A stretch of DNA of 64,000 nt from a virus. Below, one piece after another: positions 20,101-29,633 of the stretch (the first letter of the stretch is position 1; each line of letters opens with the position of its first letter). Under the pieces are notes generated by a model. It had not been told where the DNA came from. It ran no database searches and was given only the letters and a program-made list of their open reading frames with translations. A program made the translations under genes and the position numbers. Where the stretch lies: positions 1 through 64,000 of the IMG/VR virus record IMGVR_UViG_3300035670_010691. One strand, written 5' to 3'.

Positions 20101-23100
20101 GCACTTGGAAGACAAGAAAAAATATCAATATTTTTTGACCAAGGTTTAAGAATTAGAAGAGAAGATTTAGTTTCAGATTTAAGAGATGCATTCCAAAGAG
20201 AATTTAATGCATCGATTATTAAAAAAGATACGTCAAAAATATTAACGCACCAATTACATTTGGGTGATGGTAATAACAAATTAATTGCTACTTGGGCAAT
20301 AGATAGACAAACTCTTGACGATGATAGTTTAGTTCTTAAATTATATGAACCTCTTCCAAATGATGTAGAAACAGAACAACAGGTTTGGATTTCAAAAATA
20401 CAATCTATACCTATTGTTGATGAAATTCGTTTAGTAGATAGAGAAGTTTCAAAATGTACCCCACTACAACCTAATTTTAATGTTGATGTAAGTGACCCTA
20501 TTGGATATGAAATTATTGATAGTTTAGTTTCAAGTGGTTCTATAACATCAGTTGATTTAATAGCACAATATGTAAGTTCAAGTGAATTTACTCTTGAAGA
20601 ATTAGATTTACAATTTATAACAGGTTCGGGTAGTAATATTGATTATTATTGGAAAGATTTTGTCAAGTATTCATCAGCAGAAGAAAGAGTAGAGAATTTC
20701 TTTTATAAAGTAAGATTATTAGAATCTTATCAAAATGATATAAATATTTTATCATCAGGATCAGCATGGACAGGTTCTGTTGAAGTGGTAAAAGAAAGAC
20801 AAAGAACAGAACAAAAAATAAAACAATTAAAGGGTGGGTTTGATTCTTTTGAAAAATATCTTTATGATACAACTGGTTCACTTTCATATCCAAAGGTTGG
20901 AATATCACCGGTTTCCTCTTCTACCCAAGATGCCCTTGATTGGTTATATGTTGCTCGTGCTTCTGCAAGGGAATATGACACTTATAATGTTGATTTACTT
21001 GTAAATAATATACCAAGACATATTAGAGATGATGAACGGGGTGAGGAATTTATCCTCTTTTTTAATATGATTGGTCAACATTTCGATATTCTTTGGGCAT
21101 ATTCAAAGGGTATTGCAAAATCAAGAAGATTAGAACATAAATTAAATGTTGGTATTTCAAATGATTTAATTTATCATATGTTGGAATCTCTTGGTTGGGA
21201 CGCGGACATGGGAGTTGCATCTCAACTTCTTTGGGAGTATGCTCTTGGTAAAAATACAGATGGAACATCAGCGAGCTCGCTACCAGGAAAACAAAGACAG
21301 TATGAAATATGGAGACGATTATTAAATAACTTACCTTATCTTTTAAAACATAAGGGAACAAGAAGAGCAATGTACGCTGCTATGGCGTGTTATGGAATAC
21401 CGACTTCTATGTTAAGTATCATGGAATTCGGTGGACCTAATGAACCGACAAGAGGTTCAACCACAAAGGTTACTTTTGATGACCGCACTGCTGCAATTAA
21501 TATTGATAATAATTCATCTATCATTATTCCATGGAAGGAATATGTAAGTGGTTCTTATTCAGATTATCCAAATTCGGTAGAAGCTCGTATTCTAACTACT
21601 CAAAGACAAACACAAACTATTTTTGAAAATGAAGGAAATTGGTCTTTAAAAATAACAAGTGATACTGGTTCACTTGCAAGATTACAATTTGAAATTACTT
21701 CAAGTGGTGTCCATAGAATACTTTCATCATCTACATTTCCTTTTTATAACGATGAATATACTCAAATTGTTTTAAATAGAAACATAACAGGAAGTAGTGA
21801 AGAATTTCAAGTTTGGGCAAAAGAAGGTTTCCAAGGTAGAATAAGAAACGAAGAATCGGCAAGTTTTAGTTGGCCAACTGGTTCTACGAGTTGGGAAAGT
21901 GGTTCTCAAATAATTGTTGGTTCTGATTTTACAGGTTCTATTGATGAGTTTCGTTTATGGAGAGTTGATTTACTTGAAACTTCTATTGAAAATCACGCAC
22001 TTATACCTGATGCTATTGATGGTAATTCTTATTCATCATCTACCGAAGACCTTTTATTTAGATTGGACTTCGAATATCCAAGAAACTTAGCAGTATCATC
22101 TTCAAGTGGAATACCATCGGGTTCAATTAAAAACGTTTCTATAAATCAGGGGTATGGTGAAAGTTATGCAACAGCTTCTAACTTCCCGTCAGCATCATCA
22201 TATCCTTTCAACTATACACCATATGATAGAACAGTAGTTGCAAATGTTCCTTCAATCGGATTGACATTCGGTGAAAAGTTCCGTTTTGAAGAACAAGAAA
22301 AAATAACAGATTTAAGTCATAAAGCAAGAGCAACTAAAAAATCATTTGACCAGGCTCCCATTGACACGGATAGATTAGGTTTATTTTTCTCTCCCGTTCA
22401 AGAAATAAACATGGATATTCTTAAATCACTTGGTAATTTCAATATAGATGATTATATTGGAAATCCAGCTGATTTATATGAGGACAAATATAGTGATTTG
22501 GAACAATTAAGAGAATATTATTTCCAAAGATATAATCTTAACTTTAATGAATACATTCAATTAGTAAGATATATTGATAAAACTATTTATACCACACTTG
22601 AATCACTTGCACCTGCAAGAGCAAAGGTTTCAAAGGGATTATTAATAGAACCACACTTTTTAGAAAGAAGTAAAACTAAATGGGAAAGACCGACAGGGTT
22701 AGTTGAAGGTGAGGAAACAAATTTACCAATTGTAGTTCCTGTTACATCATCTTATATTAACAATGAAGTAACTTTAAATTTAGAAAATGAAGTTTCTATA
22801 AATGGTGAAAATTTTGTTTATGATTCTAATCCTATAGATACAATAAATGAAAACCTAGCCTCAGAAAATATATCATTCGAATCTGATTTAGATGCAACAC
22901 AAATTACAAATTTGTCATCTGACAATATTACTTATGAATCAGATTTAGATATTAATGATGATATTGTTATTGAAGCAACAAAAGATAACTTTATTTCATT
23001 AATTGAATTAAATGAAAATATTTTATTGGAAACATCTAAAATTGATTACCAAACTAATTTAAATCTAAAAGAAGATTTTCCGATAGATAGTGAAATATTA

Positions 23101-23715
23101 GTAAATTCCGGATCAGATATGGGTGGTATTTCAATTTCTGTAAATGCACAAATTGTGGGTACAATTCAAGGTGAATACGAATCTGATGTTTTTAAAGAAA
23201 TTGGTTTAGATAAAAACTCCCCTTTTGTAGCCGGTTTTGGATTATATGCAGAAGATGGAAATTCAATAAGAAGTTATTATGATGACTATGGAAACTTAAA
23301 ACAAGAAAGAGTTAAAGTATTTAAAATAAAAGAGTCATATACAGTAAAAACTCCTGAAAATATTAATACATCCGATTCGAGTTTGGGTAGTGAAAAAATT
23401 TCAAGAACATATTTTAGAAATAAAATATCAATACTACCATTTACAGGTAGTAATGGATTGGAGATAAATGACCCACAAGTTTCTGGTAATATAACAGAAG
23501 TATCTCCTTTGAATGGATATTTACCTTCACATTATCGTTATGTTGGAGACTTAACTTCTGGATTGATTAATAGTTATCATAAGGGTGCAAAACAAACATC
23601 TTTGACAACATTAGATGGTTCATCACCCGTTCAAATCTTTACTACAAATCCAAATACTTTACGAGTTACAGATACAGGTAGAGGAAGTGGCGAGCCAATT
23701 CTTGAGGTTGAATGA
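17194..23715 (+). CDS. Large virion/baseplate protein (2173 aa): N-terminal tandem beta domains with Pro-rich linkers; C-terminal half with tail-protein-like and LamG-like segments
   Basis: Five PPP-K..I-led repeats; LLKHKGTRRAM (tail/baseplate-type KGT motif); FTGSIDEFRLW (LamG-like). Confidence 0.65.
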   Translation: MSLIEEPNNPGDLTNTDPEGKVPQPGDGSGNDTIVFEGDSGGGGVPSPTPTPTPTEATVDAGDKNVIIGFFTNILGAEVLQDNQSLGVSFTPVEVKYTTKELLTPKFFSVRKENSESTDIFKIYTVKKRTDFKKNFDLNTTVFFYFDIIVEKFIEGSFKQVRVISPYRDGELINENRDEYLRLDFKLTQAPPPPQKTVNINFITNFPTSNFPLSYRLPDGTTGKVSSKTIKYTFRDVDFGEGLLQPQIEIYPTDILTNYEFPLYRLEFSNGFTLNFPGPSALSTLTPELDITFRIEAKQIPPAPKKINIVFQNDLFDDEQLTYKLSTDGIRQLPNGSSTVTYTLKDKDNFITFGSLDGPGTLPNDVAVRYEIQEANGNIKEFSTPYFSYNFGDTDIRVKTLFTKNPPPPPIPTKLPPLPKICNDINASNYGQEGDCVYPPPPKKIKIIFENDLAIDDLLYFKLSDSVRTPLINGRTELEYTLKSTDNNIVFSTKTGGSLPELTSVNYQIESYYDNVTETRPDFRLDLNDSDVIVRTVLVKKDPPPPPPTPTKVVTSVLINVDSSLNQPLEISFSNGQTNVLSNGQNNFDYILKDGGPNYFSISNIKDLSGYNYTLQITNGNKQKFYENELNILEEIEVSKVFANIEIVKKPETVIVLPTPTPTPTPTPVEEKPIKITITSDVVLDDALAVRLSNGVVENIRNGSKTLLYKPNINGANYLEFFPVSNVNYSEYSISYSIQNGNKLREINTFDFKEEINNSDIGIFIVLNKITQQPRADEPTLSLPDEIITYNLFGSSKLEIPFYSLNAESIRYSIGNIQREISPVSPIVLENSVFNNGVGQYKLTAQPYSRFGGSGKNKSLVINVIQSTFIPGPDIQTINYPSRIQGEDFVGFNVNFDIDYSSINTNYIKIYVSKVDESFLLLGNAKPNGKITFNVGEILSKSRLSYNRGTDQISFDLILVPYNNQADELALGRQEKISIFFDQGLRIRREDLVSDLRDAFQREFNASIIKKDTSKILTHQLHLGDGNNKLIATWAIDRQTLDDDSLVLKLYEPLPNDVETEQQVWISKIQSIPIVDEIRLVDREVSKCTPLQPNFNVDVSDPIGYEIIDSLVSSGSITSVDLIAQYVSSSEFTLEELDLQFITGSGSNIDYYWKDFVKYSSAEERVENFFYKVRLLESYQNDINILSSGSAWTGSVEVVKERQRTEQKIKQLKGGFDSFEKYLYDTTGSLSYPKVGISPVSSSTQDALDWLYVARASAREYDTYNVDLLVNNIPRHIRDDERGEEFILFFNMIGQHFDILWAYSKGIAKSRRLEHKLNVGISNDLIYHMLESLGWDADMGVASQLLWEYALGKNTDGTSASSLPGKQRQYEIWRRLLNNLPYLLKHKGTRRAMYAAMACYGIPTSMLSIMEFGGPNEPTRGSTTKVTFDDRTAAINIDNNSSIIIPWKEYVSGSYSDYPNSVEARILTTQRQTQTIFENEGNWSLKITSDTGSLARLQFEITSSGVHRILSSSTFPFYNDEYTQIVLNRNITGSSEEFQVWAKEGFQGRIRNEESASFSWPTGSTSWESGSQIIVGSDFTGSIDEFRLWRVDLLETSIENHALIPDAIDGNSYSSSTEDLLFRLDFEYPRNLAVSSSSGIPSGSIKNVSINQGYGESYATASNFPSASSYPFNYTPYDRTVVANVPSIGLTFGEKFRFEEQEKITDLSHKARATKKSFDQAPIDTDRLGLFFSPVQEINMDILKSLGNFNIDDYIGNPADLYEDKYSDLEQLREYYFQRYNLNFNEYIQLVRYIDKTIYTTLESLAPARAKVSKGLLIEPHFLERSKTKWERPTGLVEGEETNLPIVVPVTSSYINNEVTLNLENEVSINGENFVYDSNPIDTINENLASENISFESDLDATQITNLSSDNITYESDLDINDDIVIEATKDNFISLIELNENILLETSKIDYQTNLNLKEDFPIDSEILVNSGSDMGGISISVNAQIVGTIQGEYESDVFKEIGLDKNSPFVAGFGLYAEDGNSIRSYYDDYGNLKQERVKVFKIKESYTVKTPENINTSDSSLGSEKISRTYFRNKISILPFTGSNGLEINDPQVSGNITEVSPLNGYLPSHYRYVGDLTSGLINSYHKGAKQTSLTTLDGSSPVQIFTTNPNTLRVTDTGRGSGEPILEVE

Positions 23716-23765
23716 TTAAAATAAGATGTAAATTTTCATAATTTTTTTAAAATAAAAAAATAGTT

Positions 23766-23774
23766 ATATTTATT
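23766..23774 (+). promoter_or_regulatory. Putative late promoter motif ATATTTATT
   Basis: Intergenic, upstream of AAGGA ribosome binding site and ATG 23801. Confidence 0.5.
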
Positions 23775-23800
23775 AGAGTAAAATAAGGAATTTTAAAAAC

Positions 23801-24424
23801 ATGGCATATTTAGATAATTCAGAAATTGTAGTAGATGCAATTCTTACCAAAAAGGGTAGAGAAAAATTAGCAACAGGAGAAGGTCTTAACATTACAAAGT
23901 TTGCTCTTGGTGATGATGAGATTGACTATACTCTTTATGAACCAGCCCACCCACGTGGAAGTGCATATTATGATTCAGCTATTCGTGCAATACCTATTAC
24001 AGAAGCATCACCTGATGAAACACAAGTATTAAGATGGAAACTCGTAACTCTTCCAAAAGGAACAACAAAAATTCCTGTTGTTGAGTTCGGTATTCCAAAC
24101 ATTACTGTAACACAAAATTCAGGTCAAGTTGCACTTACACCGACAACCTCACCAAGTGGAAACTCACAATCAGGATATACAGTTGTTCTCGCAAACAAAA
24201 ACGCAGGAACTCTTGTTGGTTCGGGTACAGTATCTGGAACTGGAACAATTCCTTTAACAAACGAAGTAACTTCAACAGCAGCGGTAGAAAGAGGATTATC
24301 ATTTACTTTCTTACCAAATCCAAGTATTACACAAACAATCAGAACAACGATTACCGTTTATGGTAATGAAACTGGTGGTTCTCAAACAATACCAGTAACA
24401 GTAAATTACGTAAGACCAACATAA
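23801..24424 (+). CDS. Putative virion structural protein
   Basis: MAYLDNSEIVVDAILTKKGRE..ITKFALGDDEIDY resembles the N-terminus of tail-collar-type proteins; Thr-rich Ig-like end. Confidence 0.6.
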   Translation: MAYLDNSEIVVDAILTKKGREKLATGEGLNITKFALGDDEIDYTLYEPAHPRGSAYYDSAIRAIPITEASPDETQVLRWKLVTLPKGTTKIPVVEFGIPNITVTQNSGQVALTPTTSPSGNSQSGYTVVLANKNAGTLVGSGTVSGTGTIPLTNEVTSTAAVERGLSFTFLPNPSITQTIRTTITVYGNETGGSQTIPVTVNYVRPT

Positions 24425-24442
24425 TAGGGAGATATAAAACAA

Positions 24443-25681
24443 ATGGCAGAAATTATAGGACAAGCCGGAACCAATTTAACAACTGAATTAGCTAATTACC
24501 TAAATAGATCAAATGGTAATATTAATTCACAAGAACTTGCTGGTATTATAAACCAATATCTCGTTGGTGGTGATAAACTTGGAGCACAAGGTTCCCAAGT
24601 ATCAACCGGAATTTATAGAAGATTTTTAGAAACAGATGTTGTTGCAGGAAAAGTTGAAGTAGTAACAACAGGGTTGTGGAGTGGTGATACAGGTAGTTTA
24701 AATTTATTCTTTACTTCATCAACTGAACTTGCAAACGCATCGATTTCAAATTATTACACAAATGTTTATAATGAAAACCCAAGTTCATCAGCATCAACTG
24801 TTCAATTTGCAGTTGCTTATGGTCACAGACTCGCAAGTGGTTCTGTTTCATTAAGTTCAAACGATAGTGCAACTTTACCGACAAAAGCAACATATGCACA
24901 ATATCGTTCAATCTTATTAGACCAAGACCAAACACAATTTGAATATTATTCTCCAACAGGTTCTGGTGTATATGCATCTGATGAAATTTATGTAGTAAAT
25001 GTATCTCGTAGTAGATATAAAGAAAAATTAGACGCAGGAAACTGGTCATTAACTCTTTCGGGTTCTAATGGAACATTTACTTTTATTGATGATAGTGGTA
25101 AGAAATTCGATGATAGAGTTGGTAAGGCTGGTAGAATATTTTACGTTGGTTCGGGTTCATTAAATTTAGGAACTGAAAACGCAGCAACAGTTAATACATT
25201 AACCGCTTCTAATGGTGAGGGGTATGGTCTTTTCTATCCTGACCAAGGTATTTTTGTATTAAATCCAGTTGCTATCCATGACACAGTTGGTTCATCATTT
25301 TCTGTATCAGGTTCGGCACAAGTATCACTTTCAGAACCATATAGAGGATCAGCTTACGAAGCTAAAAATCAATTCCTTTTATATAACATGATATCTGGTG
25401 GTAGTGATTTTGAAGCACGTAGAACTGAAAATGTTTCAACTACCCATTATTTCGTAAGAGCAACTAACAGAGAGTTTAATTATTCAAATAACCCAACCTT
25501 TGTTACTGGTTCTGATGGAACATTTGCAGAATCATCTTTCGAAAGAGACCCAAGAACATTTATAACAACCGTGGGTCTATACAATGATGCGAACGAGTTG
25601 TTGGCAGTTGCAAAAACATCACAACCGATTCCAAAATCATTCGATAAAGAAGTTCTAATAAAAGTTAAATTAGACTTCTAA
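24443..25681 (+). CDS. Putative virion structural protein with tail-collar-like C-terminus
   Basis: EFNYSNNP...ITTVGLYNDANELLAVAK; seven [ST]GS motifs; followed by a terminator. Confidence 0.6.
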   Translation: MAEIIGQAGTNLTTELANYLNRSNGNINSQELAGIINQYLVGGDKLGAQGSQVSTGIYRRFLETDVVAGKVEVVTTGLWSGDTGSLNLFFTSSTELANASISNYYTNVYNENPSSSASTVQFAVAYGHRLASGSVSLSSNDSATLPTKATYAQYRSILLDQDQTQFEYYSPTGSGVYASDEIYVVNVSRSRYKEKLDAGNWSLTLSGSNGTFTFIDDSGKKFDDRVGKAGRIFYVGSGSLNLGTENAATVNTLTASNGEGYGLFYPDQGIFVLNPVAIHDTVGSSFSVSGSAQVSLSEPYRGSAYEAKNQFLLYNMISGGSDFEARRTENVSTTHYFVRATNREFNYSNNPTFVTGSDGTFAESSFERDPRTFITTVGLYNDANELLAVAKTSQPIPKSFDKEVLIKVKLDF

Positions 25682-25714
25682 ATTTTTTAAGGGAGACAAA
25701 TCATAGAGAGATAG

Positions 25715-25748
25715 GAAACCCGATTGGATAAGTCGGGTTTCTTTTTTT
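25715..25748 (+). terminator. Rho-independent terminator
   Basis: GAAACCCGA...TCGGGTTTC stem followed by TTTTTTT. Confidence 0.85.
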
Positions 25749-25782
25749 AATATACTTATTATTAGTATATGAGAGATTAAAA

Positions 25783-26934
25783 ATGTTTAAGTCGATTCCC
25801 AAATCATCAGTATCAAAACGAAATTTTAAAACATTTAAAAGATGGAATGTTGGTAATTCATCTTATCCCGTAATCTCTGCAAGTTTTGATTCGAGTTCCA
25901 ATTTTGATTCATCTACTGAATTAAGTTTTGATGTAAATGGAACAACTATTTATAACAGACCTTATTATAATTCCCTCAAAGCAAAATATTATCAAAGTAA
26001 TGGAAATGTCATAACTCAGTTTGGGGTTATGGAAAATCCTGCAAATTTTCAAATAGAAAGAAGATTACCAAATACTTTTTATGTCATTTCAATCGATAGA
26101 GATAAATTTGGTGAACAGATAAAACAAAATTCTTTAATTTTAGAAGATTTAGATAATAATACAACATATAATGATGATGGTTATGGCTCTCTTATAAAAG
26201 AAACATATGATTATTATTTATTAAATTTAGATTTAGGTCAGGGAACTGTAACTGTTTATGATGGATTTAATACATTTACATTAGATGTTATTACAATTGA
26301 TATGCTTAACAATGAAGCAACATTACTTTATAGTGGACAAACAATTGAAACATTTCCTGTTGAGTTTGATTTTGGAGAAGGTATTGTTAGATTTTCAGAA
26401 CAAATACCTGCTGTCGGTGATTTATTTTTAGAAAACGTTAGATACGGAAATGTTTTTTATGATGATGGTTTAGTTGTTTTAACCAATGAAGTTCAATTTG
26501 AAAATTACAATTTAATTTTCAATTCCACTCATACAATTTATGAAACGGAAGTATTGATTAATGTAGATGAAGGTGAATTTAATTATTCACAAAATCCATC
26601 TGCTGTAATCGTAGAATTAAGCGGTTCATATCAATTTGAAACAACACCAATAACGAATGTAAGTCCTGCTCAAAATGTAACTATAAAACATATAAATCAA
26701 ATAAAATTAAAACAATCATTTTCTGGTTCATATAATCCAAATATTACAGGTTCTTGGGATGATTATTCTTTAAATAGATGGTCTGACCCAACAGGTTCTT
26801 ATTTAACACCATACATAACAACAATTGGTTTATATGATGATGATGGTGATTTGGTTGTTGTAGCGAAATTACCTCAACCAATTAAATCATATCCTGATTT
26901 ACCTGTCAACTTTTTAGTTCGTTTTGATAGTTAA
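25783..26934 (+). CDS. Putative virion structural protein, paralogue of 24443-25681
   Basis: EFNYSQNP...ITTIGLYDDDGDLVVVAK; preceded by ATACTTATT motif variant at 25752. Confidence 0.6.
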   Translation: MFKSIPKSSVSKRNFKTFKRWNVGNSSYPVISASFDSSSNFDSSTELSFDVNGTTIYNRPYYNSLKAKYYQSNGNVITQFGVMENPANFQIERRLPNTFYVISIDRDKFGEQIKQNSLILEDLDNNTTYNDDGYGSLIKETYDYYLLNLDLGQGTVTVYDGFNTFTLDVITIDMLNNEATLLYSGQTIETFPVEFDFGEGIVRFSEQIPAVGDLFLENVRYGNVFYDDGLVVLTNEVQFENYNLIFNSTHTIYETEVLINVDEGEFNYSQNPSAVIVELSGSYQFETTPITNVSPAQNVTIKHINQIKLKQSFSGSYNPNITGSWDDYSLNRWSDPTGSYLTPYITTIGLYDDDGDLVVVAKLPQPIKSYPDLPVNFLVRFDS

Positions 26935-26937
26935 CAT

Positions 26938-26946
26938 ATATTTATA
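26938..26946 (+). promoter_or_regulatory. Putative late promoter motif ATATTTATA
   Basis: Intergenic, followed by AAGGAG ribosome binding site and ATG 26965. Confidence 0.55.
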
Positions 26947-26964
26947 TTATACAAAGGAGATACT

Positions 26965-27147
26965 ATGTCTAAAATTTTAGAATTATACGGAAAATCAGAT
27001 TTTTCAAAATTACCAAATAAATCATTTGATAAAACACCAATTGAGCCTGATGGTGGTTCAGACCTTGCAAAAAACGAATCAGCTCTTGAAAAAGCACGTG
27101 GTGGTAAGTTGAATGAAAAAAAATATTCTGACTCAGTTGAAAAATAA
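26965..27147 (+). CDS. Small hypothetical protein
   Basis: Strong ribosome binding site AAAGGAG and late motif upstream. Confidence 0.7.
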   Translation: MSKILELYGKSDFSKLPNKSFDKTPIEPDGGSDLAKNESALEKARGGKLNEKKYSDSVEK

Positions 27148-27723
27148 GTGAGTTCTTGTGTAAATCATGATCAAAAATGGGGATATATTCATATCCCCAA
27201 AACAGCCGGAACCACAATATCAAATATTTTAAGTTACACAGGAAATGTAGAAGGACTTGAGCATAGTCATTCCGCAATTAATAAGTTTCCCTCAAATTAT
27301 TTTATTTTTACTTTTGTAAGAAATCCTTTTACTAGATATCTTTCTATGTTTTTTCATGAAACTAAATTAGGAAGATTTAATGGTAATATGTATGAATTTA
27401 CCAAACACACGAACAAAAACATAGTATTTAATCCCCAAATTTATTTTATAAAAACTGGTGAAACCGAAAATAAAAAGGTAAATTTTATTGGAAGATATGA
27501 AAATCTTTTCAATGATATAAATTTTGTATTAGAAAAAACAGGTAATAAAAAAGTTTCTCAAATACCTCATTTAAATAAAAATTCAATTTATGAAAAACAT
27601 CCAAATTTAAATCAACAAAAATATTATGAGATTTATTTGAGGGATAATTACATAAGAGAATATATAAAAGAAAAGTATATAGAAGATTTTCAATATTTTA
27701 AATATGACATGGTTATACAATAA
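27148..27723 (+). CDS. Sulfotransferase family 2 (carbohydrate sulfotransferase-like)
   Basis: HIPKTAGT (5'-PSB) and FTFVRNPFTRYLS (3'-PB) PAPS-binding motifs; FIGRYENL; EDFQYFKY. Confidence 0.85.
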   Translation: MSSCVNHDQKWGYIHIPKTAGTTISNILSYTGNVEGLEHSHSAINKFPSNYFIFTFVRNPFTRYLSMFFHETKLGRFNGNMYEFTKHTNKNIVFNPQIYFIKTGETENKKVNFIGRYENLFNDINFVLEKTGNKKVSQIPHLNKNSIYEKHPNLNQQKYYEIYLRDNYIREYIKEKYIEDFQYFKYDMVIQ

Positions 27724-28102
27724 TATTCAAATTAACTCAATAGAACAAATGCCTGAAAAAACTATTGGGTTTATCTACAAAATTACTAATCAAAAAACAG
27801 GTGAGTATTATATTGGAAAAAAACAAATTTTATCTCAAAAAACTCTACCTCCTTTAAAGGGATTTAAAAGAAAAAGAAAAGTAATTAAAGAAAGTAATTG
27901 GCAGTCATATCGTTCTTCCAACGATGTAGTTAAAGAATGGGTCGATGATGATATAAAATTAGAAATACTTCGCTTTTGTAAATCTAAAAAATCACTCACT
28001 TATTATGAATTACAAGAACAGTTCGCACATGATGTTTTATCAGACCCACTTGCAAAAAATGATAATCTTTTAGGTAAGTTTTATAAAAAAGATTTGGAAT
28101 AA
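27704..28102 (+). CDS. GIY-YIG family nuclease-like protein
   Basis: GFIYKITNQKTGEYYIGKK, ESNWQSY, conserved Glu (YYE) and Asn (NDN). Confidence 0.7.
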   Translation: MTWLYNNIQINSIEQMPEKTIGFIYKITNQKTGEYYIGKKQILSQKTLPPLKGFKRKRKVIKESNWQSYRSSNDVVKEWVDDDIKLEILRFCKSKKSLTYYELQEQFAHDVLSDPLAKNDNLLGKFYKKDLE

Positions 28103-28106
28103 TTAA

Positions 28107-28135
28107 TTGACTTTAAACTATTTTATTAGTATATT
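28107..28135 (+). promoter_or_regulatory. Sigma70-type early promoter TTGACT-N17-TATATT
   Basis: TTGACT 28107-28112, TATATT 28130-28135, upstream of the primase. Confidence 0.75.
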
Positions 28136-28153
28136 ATATACAAAATAAAATGT

Positions 28154-29092
28154 ATGCTCTCTCAACGAGATAAATTTACAGTCATATCTACACTTGACGA
28201 AGTTCTCGGGGTCGGTAGTTCTCTTAAAGGAAACGAACAGGCACACCTATGTCCTTTCTGTCACCACCACAAAAAGAAACTTCAAGTCAATTTAGAAACT
28301 CAAAAGTGGCACTGTTGGGTATGTGATGCCAAGGGAAGTCGTATATCTTCTTTACTGCGTAAATTAAATGTAGATGTAAAGAAACTCAAGAGAATAAAGG
28401 AAATATATGATGACGAATACTCCACTCCTTATGTAGAAACTGAAGAAGTAGTTCAGTTATTTCTTCCACAACAATACAGACCTTTATGGGAAACTCCAAG
28501 GGGGGTGAATCCTCATTATAGAAACGCACTTTCATACATGAGACAACGGGGGTTTACACAAGACCTCCTAATGAGATATCAAGTTGGATATTGTGAAGAT
28601 GGTCTTTATGGTGGTAGAGTGATAATTCCTTCGTATGACGAAAACTACAAACTCAATTACTTCATCGCTCGTTCTTTTTATGATGGTGAAAAAATGAAGT
28701 ATAAGAACCCACCCGTATCCAAAAATGTGATTATATTTGAAAACCAAATCAATTGGAAAGAACCAATAACTTTGGTAGAAGGCATATTTGACGCAATGAC
28801 AATACGAAGAAACTCTATTCCTCTACTCGGTAAGTTTGTTCCTAAAAAACTAATGAACAAGATATTTAAAGAAGGAGTGAAAAAAATTAACATTCTCCTT
28901 GATGATGACGCTCAGGAACAAGCAATTTACTATACCAACTATTTCCAAAAACAAGGTATTCAAACTACCAACATTCTCCCACAACTTAAAGACGCAAACG
29001 AAATGGGGTTTGAAACCGTAAATCATTTAATCAAAACAACCAAAGAAACCACATTCGAAGATTTGGTATTTCAAAAGTTAGATACTTTATAA
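28154..29092 (+). CDS. DNA primase (zinc finger + TOPRIM)
   Basis: CPFC...CWVC zinc finger, GRVIIP, KYKNP, LVEGIFDA, LDDDA. Confidence 0.9.
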   Translation: MLSQRDKFTVISTLDEVLGVGSSLKGNEQAHLCPFCHHHKKKLQVNLETQKWHCWVCDAKGSRISSLLRKLNVDVKKLKRIKEIYDDEYSTPYVETEEVVQLFLPQQYRPLWETPRGVNPHYRNALSYMRQRGFTQDLLMRYQVGYCEDGLYGGRVIIPSYDENYKLNYFIARSFYDGEKMKYKNPPVSKNVIIFENQINWKEPITLVEGIFDAMTIRRNSIPLLGKFVPKKLMNKIFKEGVKKINILLDDDAQEQAIYYTNYFQKQGIQTTNILPQLKDANEMGFETVNHLIKTTKETTFEDLVFQKLDTL

Positions 29093-29093
29093 A

Positions 29094-29633
29094 ATGAAAA
29101 TTATAGAAAATTTTTTTAGTGATGAAGATTTTAATTTTTTAAATGAAAAAAGTTTAGAAATTTATAATAATAAAAATACTTCAAAAAACACATGGAATTA
29201 CAATGTAAAACAATTTTCAAAAGAAATAGAAGTTTATGACTTAAAAGAAGAGAATACTATATACTCTGTTATAAATAAGACACTTATTTACTATAATATT
29301 TTCAATTATTCTCCCCAAATGAGATTTTTTTATTGTCCTCCTGGTTCTTACATACCATGGCATACCGATGAGGGTTGGTATTCTGCATTGACAATTTATT
29401 TAAATGATAATTGGAATTTTGAATTTGGTGGGTTATATCAATACTATGATGATAATGAAATAAAAACAATAATTCCACGTAAAAATTTAGCATTATTTCA
29501 AAAGGGAGGTATATCCCATAGTACAACAATACAATCAGTTTATTCACCAATTAGAAGAAGTGTACAAATACATTTCATAGACTCGTATAATTCGGATATT
29601 TACGAAAAAAAAACAAATAAATCTCTTATTTAA
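29094..29633 (+). CDS. 2OG-Fe(II) oxygenase, prolyl-hydroxylase-like
   Basis: PGSYIPWHTD (HxD), TIYLNDNW..FGG, distal His (HSTT) and RRS. Confidence 0.85.
   Translation: MKIIENFFSDEDFNFLNEKSLEIYNNKNTSKNTWNYNVKQFSKEIEVYDLKEENTIYSVINKTLIYYNIFNYSPQMRFFYCPPGSYIPWHTDEGWYSALTIYLNDNWNFEFGGLYQYYDDNEIKTIIPRKNLALFQKGGISHSTTIQSVYSPIRRSVQIHFIDSYNSDIYEKKTNKSLI

Noticed and set aside
27704-28102. GIY-YIG gene as a mobile homing endonuclease
   Set aside because: Only 132 aa with no appended DNA-binding domain and no interrupted host gene; more likely a resident nuclease
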